The notes beneath the pieces are model-generated. The model was not told the DNA's origin, ran no database searches, and saw only the letters and a list, made by a program, of their open reading frames with translations. 35,076 nt of DNA from Thermoproteus sp. (lineage in GTDB: Archaea > Thermoproteota > Thermoprotei > Thermoproteales > Thermoproteaceae): positions 1 through 35,076 of the forward strand of contig JBMFIG010000015.1 in assembly GCA_049976425.1 (NCBI GenBank), given 5' to 3'. The position numbers and the translations under genes were made by a program. Within the stretch, counting starts at the first letter, position 1. Every line of letters begins with the position of its first letter. This document shows, piece by piece, positions 8,065 to 16,647 of this stretch.

Positions 8065-9939
8065 TATCGGCACCCCCAAGATGTTGAGCCCATTCCTCAT
8101 GACCGTCCTCACGGCGTGTACCAACGCCAGCCTGAAACTCCTCACCGGCTCCTCCGACTTTATGACGGGATACTTCTCGTAGTAGCTGTTGAACAGAAGG
8201 GAGAGAGAGTTGAGGTACTCCGATATATAGTCGGGCCTCAGATCGCGGGCCGCCGAGGCCACAGTCCACGGCCACATGGCTAGTCTCTCCACCAACTCCG
8301 CCTCCTCCGGCTGCATCTGGGGCGGTATCTGGGGCGGGGAGCCCGGCGCAGAGCCCGCCTTCTCCAGGATCGAGGACGCCCTGACGTAGGTATATTGTAG
8401 AAACGGCCCGGAGTTGCTCCTCATGTTGAGGACCACGTCCCACTTGAAGTCTATGGGCTTCCGCGGGGAGGCCGATAGGTAGAAGAAGCGGATGGCGCCT
8501 ACGCCGACCTTCTCCCCCACCACCGAGGCTATCTCTCTGTCCTTCTCCTTGACCATCTCGGCCGACCTCTCGGCGGCCTCGTCGAGTATCTCGTCCAGCG
8601 CCACGTACTGCCCCCTTCTCGCCGACATCTTCATGCCGGGCATGTTCACCATCTCGTAGCTATAGTGGAGCAGCTTCTTCGCCTCCTCGCGGTAGCCCAG
8701 GGCGTAGAGTACGATCCTCACGTGAGCCTGTTCGTGCGTCTGTTCGGACGAGATGACGCGGATCACCTTGTCGACGGGCCGGCGGCTCTGCCAGAGGGCG
8801 TAGGCGACATCTCTGGTCACGTAAAGCGTGGTGCCGTCAGAACGCGTAAGCGTCACCGGCGGGATGAACTTGGGCAGATCCAGCTCCTCCCTCAGCTTGA
8901 GGTCCTCCGCGAACTTATCGGCCCTAAACACCACGGCCCCCTCCTTGTATTCTATATAGGCAGGCCACCTCCTCCTCAGATCCTCGATCAGCTGGGCCGC
9001 CGCGTTGTTCCAGACGGCGAGCTCGCTCTCGTAGTCCCAGCTGTCCACGGAGATGCCGAGACGCCTCAACGTCTCCTGCTGGCCTCTAAGCACAAGCCCC
9101 ACGACCGCCCTCACCTTTCTCTTGACCTCATCGTCCCCCCTCTCGTAGAGCCGGTTGAGCTCCGCGGCCTCCGCCGAGAGGTCGCGTTGGCCTAGCCTCT
9201 CGGTCAAGGCGTTCACCAGATCCGGCTCCACGTCGAGGTGGCGCTTGATTACGCCCAGCCACTCGTCGATCTCGGCCAAGATCTCCCGCCTCTTCTCGTC
9301 GGGCTGGCCCTCCGCCAGCTTCTTCAGCCTGTTTATCTCCGCTATCGCCGTCGCCACCGAGTAGACGTAGCCGACCGCCAGATCGGGCTTAACGCCTCTC
9401 CCGATCAACTCGTCGACTTCCCGCCGCGCCGCCTCGTACCCCAACGCGGCGTACATGACCTGCGACCCGCAGTCGTCGACGTAGAAGTGGACCTCGACCT
9501 CGCTACCGCAGAAGCGGAGGAGCCTAACCAGCGCGTCGCCCAACACGGCGTTGCGCCCGTGGCCCACGTGTAGCGGATGCAGAGGGTTGGCGGACGTGTG
9601 CTCCACCAGATATCTGCCGCGCACGCATCTGTCTGAATAGCCGTACCTATCGCCCATGGCGTAGACGGCCTTGAAGAGCTCCTCGGCGAGCCTCGCCGGG
9701 TCGACGTCGGCGTTTATGTAGAGGTTCTCTAACCTGACATTCGTCAGATATTTGAACATATAGGTCGAGAGTATATCGGCCACCTTCGACGGATCTACTT
9801 TAAATTTATGCAGACGAGCTGATATGAATGCAAATTTAGATGGAAAGTCGACATCCGGCTTCCCCTGAAGCGAGAGGGCCGTCGAAATCCTCGCGAGCAA
9901 GCCGTCGAACTCCGACAACACAGGCTGTAGCGGATCCAC
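8050..9939 (-). CDS. argS: Arginyl-tRNA synthetase
   Basis: EHTSANP, HVGH (HIGH), KMSARRG (KMSKS), GPFLQYTYVRA, C-terminal ..QRM. Confidence 0.97.
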   Translation of the reverse strand: MDPLQPVLSEFDGLLARISTALSLQGKPDVDFPSKFAFISARLHKFKVDPSKVADILSTYMFKYLTNVRLENLYINADVDPARLAEELFKAVYAMGDRYGYSDRCVRGRYLVEHTSANPLHPLHVGHGRNAVLGDALVRLLRFCGSEVEVHFYVDDCGSQVMYAALGYEAARREVDELIGRGVKPDLAVGYVYSVATAIAEINRLKKLAEGQPDEKRREILAEIDEWLGVIKRHLDVEPDLVNALTERLGQRDLSAEAAELNRLYERGDDEVKRKVRAVVGLVLRGQQETLRRLGISVDSWDYESELAVWNNAAAQLIEDLRRRWPAYIEYKEGAVVFRADKFAEDLKLREELDLPKFIPPVTLTRSDGTTLYVTRDVAYALWQSRRPVDKVIRVISSEQTHEQAHVRIVLYALGYREEAKKLLHYSYEMVNMPGMKMSARRGQYVALDEILDEAAERSAEMVKEKDREIASVVGEKVGVGAIRFFYLSASPRKPIDFKWDVVLNMRSNSGPFLQYTYVRASSILEKAGSAPGSPPQIPPQMQPEEAELVERLAMWPWTVASAARDLRPDYISEYLNSLSLLFNSYYEKYPVIKSEEPVRSFRLALVHAVRTVMRNGLNILGVPILQRM

Positions 9940-10053
9940 TTAGCGGCCTACCCAACGGCTTATAAAAACTTCGCCCTTTAGGGAGCGTTTAAGTTCTGTA
10001 CGGATATCCAAGAGGCTCGGACGAAAATTCGCGGTAAAATACAGTTAAAAGAC

Positions 10054-10506
10054 CTACTTCCTGGCCGGAGCTATAGGGCCTAGCCCGTACTTGCTCCTCG
10101 CCTCGTTTATCCTCGCCACGAGGCCCTCGAGCTCGCCTGCGGCCTGCCCAGGGTCTATCACCACTGCGGCGGCCGCCGAGACGTTTATGCCGGCAGCCTT
10201 GCCGAGCTTCTCCTTGGACGGCACGTAGATGTAGGGCACCTTCTTTTCCTCGCATAGAATTGGGAGATGCGCCACGACCTCCGGCGGGTCGACGTCCTCG
10301 GCTATCAGCACGAGCTTGGCCAGTCCCCTCTCGACTGCTTTAGTGACCTCGTTTGTGCCTTTCTTTATCTTGCCTGTCTGCCTCGCTGTGTTTAGGATCT
10401 CGTACGCCTTCTCTGCGAGCTCGGCAGGCACCTCGAACCTCACGTAGAATGGCTTACCCTGCACCGAGTTCGCGTAAAATGTCTTGGGGTCTACGGTGGT
10501 TGCCAT
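10054..10506 (-). CDS. rpl7ae: Ribosomal protein L7Ae
   Basis: [32 protein letters not shown]. Confidence 0.97.
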   Translation of the reverse strand: MATTVDPKTFYANSVQGKPFYVRFEVPAELAEKAYEILNTARQTGKIKKGTNEVTKAVERGLAKLVLIAEDVDPPEVVAHLPILCEEKKVPYIYVPSKEKLGKAAGINVSAAAAVVIDPGQAAGELEGLVARINEARSKYGLGPIAPARK

Positions 10507-10526
10507 GGCCTTGCAAATTAGGTCGG

Positions 10527-10533
10527 ATATAAA
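10527..10533 (-). promoter_or_regulatory. TATA box for rpl7ae
   Basis: TTTATAT on the minus strand, 21-27 nt upstream of ATG 10506; spacing typical of leaderless transcripts. Confidence 0.6.
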
Positions 10534-10556
10534 TATTTTCGAGCGGCTCGGCTTTC

Positions 10557-10748
10557 CTACTTGGCCTTCTGGGCCTTCCTGGCCTTTCTAACCCAAGCCA
10601 AATCCCTTGGATCTCTGCCGTATTTGGTCGCGTTGACGAAGCATCTGTGGCTGCAGAACCTCAAGACGGTGCCGTCTGCCTTTATATACATTATACCGAA
10701 GCCGGGATTTATCGGCGCCCCGCAGAAGCTACACCTGTAGACCCTCAT
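10557..10748 (-). CDS. rpl24e: Ribosomal protein L24e
   Basis: CSFCG..I.PG.G.MY, FCSHRC, R.PR.L.W. Confidence 0.95.
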   Translation of the reverse strand: MRVYRCSFCGAPINPGFGIMYIKADGTVLRFCSHRCFVNATKYGRDPRDLAWVRKARKAQKAK

Positions 10749-10978
10749 CTCGCCGAGATCTTCCTGGCCTCTCTTTCGGTCTCCCTAAGCATTACGATAT
10801 CGCCCAACCTCACAGGCCCCTTGACGTTGCGCGTCAGCACTCTGCCCTTGTCTCGGCCCTCCAACACCCTCACCTTGACCTGCGTCACCTCGCCGGCCAC
10901 GCCCGTCCGCCCTAGTATCTGGACCACTATAGCAGCGACGGCGTCTTCGTAGGGCGAAAACTTGACCTCCTGAGCCAT
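10745..10978 (-). CDS. rps28e: Ribosomal protein S28e
   Basis: From ATG 10978: [33 protein letters not shown]. Confidence 0.95.
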   Translation of the reverse strand: MAQEVKFSPYEDAVAAIVVQILGRTGVAGEVTQVKVRVLEGRDKGRVLTRNVKGPVRLGDIVMLRETEREARKISAR

Positions 10979-11111
10979 GCCGTCAAGATGGCGGCCCTTT
11001 ATTAATTTTTCCCGCGGAGGCGGCTCCACCTCTCAGAACTTATGCGGATCTGCCGCGGCTTGGCTACAAGCCTTTTATACTGGCGAGAAGGTGGCGCCAT
11101 GCGAGGGGAAT

Positions 11112-11873
11112 GTGCTTGAGGGGAAAGACCTCAGCTTCGGCTACGGCAACTTCAGAGTATTCGAGGACATAAATATAGCGGTCGACGAGGGGCAGATCGT
11201 CGCCATAGTGGGCCCGTCGGGCATAGGGAAGTCCACTCTTCTGAGAATTCTCGGCGGGTTCCTCAAGCCGTTGACCGGCGTCGTCCTCCTCTTCGGCAAG
11301 CCCGTGGTTAGGCCGACGCCCCAGATAATGCTGGTGCATCAATCAATTGTCACGTTCCCTTGGATGACCGCCCTGGAGAACGTCATGTTGGGGCTCCAGT
11401 ATATGAAGATGGATCGGAGGGAGGCCGAGGAGGAGGCACGCCGGATCTTGGAGCTGGTGGGGCTTAAAGGCTTCGAGAGCTTCTACCCCAAGGAGATGTC
11501 GGGGGGCATGAGGCAGAGGGTGGCCATAGCCAGAGCTCTGGCCGCCAGACCCTCGGTATTGCTTATGGACGAGCCCTTCAGCCACCTCGACGAGCTGACT
11601 GCTGAGAACCTCAGACGCGAGATATACGGCATACTTTTCAACGAGTCCAGCTCGCTGAAGGGTGTCGTCCTCGTCTCGCACAACCTCTACGAGGTGGTGG
11701 AGCTCTCGGACGTCGTCTATGTCCTGAACGGCCGCCCCGCACACGTGGTCGACATAGTCAATATAGACCTTCCTCGCCCCAGAAGCCTAAAGGACCCCTC
11801 AGTCACGAAGTACGTGGACATGCTCTACACGAGCTTGACCTCGCCTAGGGAGCAGAAAGAGGGCGAGATATGA
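11112..11873 (+). CDS. ABC ATPase, nitrate/sulfonate (TauB/NrtD-like)
   Basis: GPSGIGKS, FPWMTALENV, MSGGMRQR, LMDEPFS, LPRPR. Probable GTG start at 11112 after GAGGGG. Confidence 0.88.
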   Translation: MLEGKDLSFGYGNFRVFEDINIAVDEGQIVAIVGPSGIGKSTLLRILGGFLKPLTGVVLLFGKPVVRPTPQIMLVHQSIVTFPWMTALENVMLGLQYMKMDRREAEEEARRILELVGLKGFESFYPKEMSGGMRQRVAIARALAARPSVLLMDEPFSHLDELTAENLRREIYGILFNESSSLKGVVLVSHNLYEVVELSDVVYVLNGRPAHVVDIVNIDLPRPRSLKDPSVTKYVDMLYTSLTSPREQKEGEI

Positions 11874-13501
11874 TCGGCTATCTCGAGATAGCCCTCGCGA
11901 CGGTAGTCTCGACGGCTAGAGTCCTGGCGTTAATAGGGGCTTCCATAGTCACCGGCTGGCTCTTGGGCTATATAGCCATCAAGAGCAAGGTTTTCGAGAA
12001 CGTCTACACGTCGCTTATAGGGGTTTTCGAGTCCGTCCCGGTCTTCAGCTTCTTCCCGGTGGTCCTGGTCTTCTTTGTGAGCGGCATCGGCGGATATCTC
12101 GGGGCGGAGCTCGCGGCAGATTTCTTGGTGTTCACGGCCGTTGTGTGGAACATCTGGATGGGCATATACCAGGCCTTCAAGACGGTCCCGAGGGAGATGG
12201 TGGAGGTGGCCGAGAACGTGAGGCTGGGCTTCTTAAGCAGGATGAGGCACCTCTATATACCCTATTCCATGCCGCGGATAGTGGCCAATCTAATGCCCAG
12301 CTTCTCGGACGGATTTTTCTACATAACCGTGAGCGAGGTCTTCTCCGTGGGCTCCTCGCAGTACAGCGTGTTCGGGATAGGCTCCGTCATAGCGGAGCTG
12401 ACCGCCGAGGGGAATTGGGGAAATCCCGCCTTCGTGCACCGCTACCTGTTCGCTCTGGGCATGTTGGCGCTTGCGGTGGGCTCCGTGATCTACGGCTTCA
12501 GGGAGCTCGCCAACTACGTGGCTGGGAAATACGCCCTAGACAGCTCCGTGCCCGTTAGGAGGATCAGGCTGATACCTCCGTGGCTGGCCAGAGGCGTGGG
12601 AGGGCCTTTGGCGAGGATTGCCAGGATCACCGCGGCGGTCCAGAGAAGGGCGACGCGGGAGCCCGTGTGGTACGAGGAGGAGAAAGGCCACGAGCGTCTG
12701 TTTAAGGTAATAGGCGCGGTTGTAGGCCTCGCCGTACTCGGCGCCATTATCTACGGCGCCATATCTGTGATCACGTCGACGCCGGCCTCTCTGTGGCGCA
12801 GTCTGCTGGATCAGACCGGCCAGATCTTGTTGGCCCTGGCGCTGGACTACGGCAGGGTTTTCGCCATAACGTTGCTGTCTATGGCCTTGGGTGTGACCCT
12901 CGGCTACTACCTCGCCACGCATCACGAGGTCGAGCGCATCGTCGTGCCGGCGATACAAGTCTTCGCGGCCTACCCCGCCCCCGTATACTTCCCCCTAATC
13001 TTCGCGGCGACGTACCCCGTGATCTACGGCGTACTGGGGTACTACGGCAACGAGCTCTACGCCATACTCCTGGGCTTTATATCCACGTTCTACTACGTCT
13101 TCTACAGCTTTTGGATGGGCCTTAAGGCCATGCCGCACGAGATCTGGGAGCTCATGGATAATCTGAACCTACCCTACTGGGGGAGGTTAAGGCTGATTCT
13201 GCTCCCGGCCGCTATGCCGTATCTGGTAGCCGGGATCTCGTCGACTATCGACAGCGCCTGGGGCGGCCTAGCCATAGGCGAGTATTGGCCCGGCATATAC
13301 GACGGCCACGACCTAGCCGTCGGGAACGGCTTGATGAAGCTCATAGTGATATCCACGGCCGAGGGCAACATAGCGCTCGCCGCGTGGGCCTCCTTGATCT
13401 TCGGCGTGGTGGTCGTGTTGTTCGCGATATTCTTCACTAGGAGGTTGATGGATCTGGCCCAGAAGAAGTACGTAGTGGAGGAGGCCATATACGCGGCCTA
13501 G
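11870..13501 (+). CDS. ABC permease with duplicated membrane domain (anion-transport type)
   Basis: Two repeats of a permease unit (FKTVPREMVE..LYIPYSMP and LKAMPHEIWE..ILLPAAMP). ATGA overlap with the ATPase. Confidence 0.88.
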   Translation: MIGYLEIALATVVSTARVLALIGASIVTGWLLGYIAIKSKVFENVYTSLIGVFESVPVFSFFPVVLVFFVSGIGGYLGAELAADFLVFTAVVWNIWMGIYQAFKTVPREMVEVAENVRLGFLSRMRHLYIPYSMPRIVANLMPSFSDGFFYITVSEVFSVGSSQYSVFGIGSVIAELTAEGNWGNPAFVHRYLFALGMLALAVGSVIYGFRELANYVAGKYALDSSVPVRRIRLIPPWLARGVGGPLARIARITAAVQRRATREPVWYEEEKGHERLFKVIGAVVGLAVLGAIIYGAISVITSTPASLWRSLLDQTGQILLALALDYGRVFAITLLSMALGVTLGYYLATHHEVERIVVPAIQVFAAYPAPVYFPLIFAATYPVIYGVLGYYGNELYAILLGFISTFYYVFYSFWMGLKAMPHEIWELMDNLNLPYWGRLRLILLPAAMPYLVAGISSTIDSAWGGLAIGEYWPGIYDGHDLAVGNGLMKLIVISTAEGNIALAAWASLIFGVVVVLFAIFFTRRLMDLAQKKYVVEEAIYAA

Positions 13502-13555
13502 ACGCCACCTCCTCTAAGGTAATACAAATCGACGCCAGCTAAGCGCTCAACAGCT

Positions 13556-13588
13556 GACTAAAACTTTTAGTCTACTCTACTATATAAA
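13556..13588 (+). promoter_or_regulatory. Perfect palindrome plus TATA box upstream of the tgt-like/queF-L operon
   Basis: GACTAAAA-C-TTTTAGTC (13556-13572) and TATATAAA (13581-13588); GTG start at 13608. Confidence 0.6.
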
Positions 13589-13607
13589 CCCTACAGTTAA
13601 TTTAGCC

Positions 13608-14561
13608 GTGAGGGTAATTCTGGGCACGCCCGTTAGGACGGAGCCCAAGCCCTGGCTCTACTTCGGCGTAGACGCCGTGATGATAAACGCCTTGGATGCC
13701 GACGGGAGGGCCAGAGAGCTCCTGGGGTTCGAGGGCGAGCTATGGGTCGACTCGGGAGGCTATCAGATACTCAAGAGGGGCCTCTCCATATCGCCCTACA
13801 CGCTGGCTAAACGTTATCGGAGCATCGGATGCGACGTCTGCCTATCCCTCGACATACCGCCGACCCCCTCGGATCCGCCGGACGTGGCCGATAGAAAGGC
13901 CGAGGCCTCCTACAGGAACTGGCTGGTCCTCAAATCGGAATTGCCGGGGGCCAGGATAGTGCCGGTGGTCCACGTATATCCGGACGAGGGGCTCTTCTTG
14001 AAATGGATCAAGCGCTACGACGGGGCCGAGGAGCTGGCTGTGGGCGGCGCCGTGCCGTATATACTGATCTCCCGCGGAGCGCCCCGCGGCTCGCGCTCAG
14101 TTGCCTTAAAGCTGATCGCGACGGCCAGGCGCGAGTTCGGCGGCAGGCTCCACGCGCTTGGGCTCGGTAGCCCGTCCATCTCGGCGGCTCTCGAGGCGCT
14201 TCGTATAGACTCGACCGACAGCGCCACGTGGAGGCTCAAGGCCGCCTACGGCAAGGTGCTTCTGCCTGGAGGGGGCGAGCGACATGTGACCGATCGCCAG
14301 GTGAACTTCGGCAAGAAGAAGGCCAGAGACGAAGAGCTGGTCGAGCTCTATCGGTTCCTGAAAAGCTCCGGCTTCCCCGTCCTCGACGGGTTCGAGGACT
14401 ATATAGCCCGTCTCAAGGCCAGTTTCGAGTACCGCGCCCTCGTCAACGCCTGGATAGTGTTGAGGAGCCGCGAGCCTCCGCGGTCGAAGGTCTTCCAGAA
14501 GCTTTATCAAGAGGCGTTAAGCCTCCTCCGTGTCGATACGCCTCTCCAAAAGACCCAGTAG
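13608..14561 (+). CDS. tRNA-guanine transglycosylase-superfamily protein (short, DpdA-like motifs)
   Basis: WVDSGGYQ, SLDIPP, PVVH, AVGG, LHALGLG, DSTDSATW. No CxCxxC Zn site and no PUA domain. Confidence 0.8.
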   Translation: MRVILGTPVRTEPKPWLYFGVDAVMINALDADGRARELLGFEGELWVDSGGYQILKRGLSISPYTLAKRYRSIGCDVCLSLDIPPTPSDPPDVADRKAEASYRNWLVLKSELPGARIVPVVHVYPDEGLFLKWIKRYDGAEELAVGGAVPYILISRGAPRGSRSVALKLIATARREFGGRLHALGLGSPSISAALEALRIDSTDSATWRLKAAYGKVLLPGGGERHVTDRQVNFGKKKARDEELVELYRFLKSSGFPVLDGFEDYIARLKASFEYRALVNAWIVLRSREPPRSKVFQKLYQEALSLLRVDTPLQKTQ

Positions 14562-14862
14562 GGTAAAGCTCAGGGGACGGGCGGAGGCGATCTGCCCCGT
14601 GAGCAAGACAGTCGACGAGTACGTGGTCGAGGTGGAGTACGTGCCGAGGGAACACGCCTTGTTGATAGAGGAGTTCGAGAAGATCTTGGAGAGCTATAGG
14701 GACAGGGAGATATTCCACGAAGAGATAGCGGTGGATATAGCAGAGAGGATAAGAAACGCCATATCGCCTGCATACGTCAAGGTCGTGGCGAGGTCGACCT
14801 ACAGAGGCGTGGAGGTCGAGGTGACGGCCGAGATCGGCGGCCAGCCCACCATATATATTTAG
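14530..14862 (+). CDS. queF-L: QueF-like (QueF-L) T-fold amidinotransferase, archaeosine synthesis
   Basis: 110 aa with catalytic CPVSKTVD, EYVPR..LLIEEF and REIFHEE. Closely resembles the recalled sequence of Pyrobaculum calidifontis QueF-L. Confidence 0.88.
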   Translation: MSIRLSKRPSRVKLRGRAEAICPVSKTVDEYVVEVEYVPREHALLIEEFEKILESYRDREIFHEEIAVDIAERIRNAISPAYVKVVARSTYRGVEVEVTAEIGGQPTIYI

Positions 14863-14883
14863 GCACGCCGCGAGGTCGATCCC

Positions 14884-15765
14884 ATGATCGCCGCTGAGGG
14901 GCTCGGCAAGAAGTTCGGCGACGTGTGGGCGCTACAAGACGTCACGTTCTCGGCCGACGCCGGGCGCGTTGTGTCCATCCTAGGCCCTAACGGCGCTGGC
15001 AAGACCACTCTAGTGAGGATACTGATAACGGAGCTGTTGCCCACGAAGGGTAGAGCCTACGTCGCGGGCCACGACGTGGTCAAGGAAGCCGAGAAGATAA
15101 GGCGTAGGATAGCCGCAGTTCCGCAGGAGGGCTCGCCCATAGGGTTCCTCACCCCCTACGAGTTCGTATACGCCTACCTCCTCTTGAGGGGATACCCCCG
15201 ACGAGAGGCGCGGCGAAGGGCCGAGCAGGCGTTGGCGGAGCTCCAGCTCTCCGACGTGAAGGGGAGGGAGATACAGACCTTGTCGGGCGGCACTAAGAGG
15301 CGCGTGCTCCTCGCGGCCGTCCTAGCCGCCGACGTGGACGTGGTGTTCCTCGACGAGCCGACCACAGGCTTGGACGTATTCTCGCGCAGGATTGTGTGGA
15401 ACGCTGTGTCGTCGATGAGGCGGAACGGCGTCACGGTTCTCCTGACCACCCACTACGTGGAGGAGGCCCAGACGTTGAGCGACTACGTCGTCTTGATAAA
15501 CAAAGGCAGGGTGGTGGACGTGGGCTCTCCCGGTGCCTTGATAGAGAAGGTGCCGGGCAAATACGTGGTCGAGGCATACGGGATCCCTAACTCGATAGAT
15601 AGGAAGCCTCATATGGCCATAGGCGATAGGGGAATATACTTCGTCGACGACCCCGGCGAGATCGCCGACAGCTTGATCAGAGCCGGGGCTAAAGTGAGCA
15701 TACGGCAGAGATCCCTCGAGGACTACGTGTTGTATAAGATAGGAGCCATATCGGAGGAGTCATGA
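14884..15765 (+). CDS. ABC-2/DrrA-type exporter ATPase
   Basis: GPNGAGKTT, LSGGTKRR, LDEPTTGLD, TTHYVEEA, SLEDY. Confidence 0.9.
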   Translation: MIAAEGLGKKFGDVWALQDVTFSADAGRVVSILGPNGAGKTTLVRILITELLPTKGRAYVAGHDVVKEAEKIRRRIAAVPQEGSPIGFLTPYEFVYAYLLLRGYPRREARRRAEQALAELQLSDVKGREIQTLSGGTKRRVLLAAVLAADVDVVFLDEPTTGLDVFSRRIVWNAVSSMRRNGVTVLLTTHYVEEAQTLSDYVVLINKGRVVDVGSPGALIEKVPGKYVVEAYGIPNSIDRKPHMAIGDRGIYFVDDPGEIADSLIRAGAKVSIRQRSLEDYVLYKIGAISEES

Positions 15766-16496
15766 AGAAGCTCTTGAGGGATATACTAGTAATTGGTTGG
15801 CTCAACGGCTGGGTCCCGCTAGTGCGTAGCTGGATCTGGCTCGTGGCAAACTCCGTGACGCCCCTCAGCTTCTTGATAGTCCTGGCCATTTATGCGGGCG
15901 AGGCCGGCCTCAGATGGGGTTTGCTGGGAGGCTTGATATGGACCGTCGCGTCCAACGGCATATCCCTAATAGGCGACGCCACCTTCTACAGACTGGAGAT
16001 AAAATTCCAACAGATGTTGGTGGCCGCACCGGTGAGCCCAATCGCCTACGCGCTCGGCCTTGCGTTGAGCTCGTTCATATTCGCGGCGCCCGCCATAGCC
16101 TTCTACGTGGGTTACCTTGCGGCGCTCGGCGCGTTCACGATCATGGGAGCCGCCACGCTGGCTATCTCCATGATACTGCTGTGGGTGTCCACGGCGGGCT
16201 TGGGCTTCGCCATATCGACCCTCATCAAACAGATGCGGTACGCCTGGGCCGTGCCGGGTATACTGAGCGCGGTGTTATCGGCCATGGCGCCTGTCTATTG
16301 GCCGGCCACCGTGTTGCCCAACGAGCTTCTCGGCGTCCTGTTGCCGACGGGCGCGGCGGGCATAATAGGCCAATCGGCTCTAGGCATGGTCCACTACGGC
16401 GCCTATGCGATCGTTGCGTCTTGGATCTCGCTCGTTATATACACCGTGATCTCGCTGGTCCTACTAGCCAAGGTGGCCCGGTGGAGGCAGGTCTAG
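15762..16496 (+). CDS. ABC-2 type exporter permease
   Basis: About 6 TM helices, APVYWP motif; ATGA overlap with the ATPase. Confidence 0.85.
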   Translation: MKKLLRDILVIGWLNGWVPLVRSWIWLVANSVTPLSFLIVLAIYAGEAGLRWGLLGGLIWTVASNGISLIGDATFYRLEIKFQQMLVAAPVSPIAYALGLALSSFIFAAPAIAFYVGYLAALGAFTIMGAATLAISMILLWVSTAGLGFAISTLIKQMRYAWAVPGILSAVLSAMAPVYWPATVLPNELLGVLLPTGAAGIIGQSALGMVHYGAYAIVASWISLVIYTVISLVLLAKVARWRQV

Positions 16497-16647
16497 CTCA
16501 GCGTCTGCCGGTGCCGATAGAGGCCGGTTGGGCTATGGCTCCGTCGAAGGTTCCTGCGGCCTGGCGGAAAATTTCCTGTCCAAGATATCAAGTATAACCC
16601 GCCTCAGTTCTACGTAGCTCACGTAATATTCTCCTGATATTTTTAAG

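Noticed and set aside
10507-10556. K-turn autoregulatory leader for rpl7ae
   Set aside because: TATA spacing implies a leaderless transcript, and no K-turn consensus is visible.
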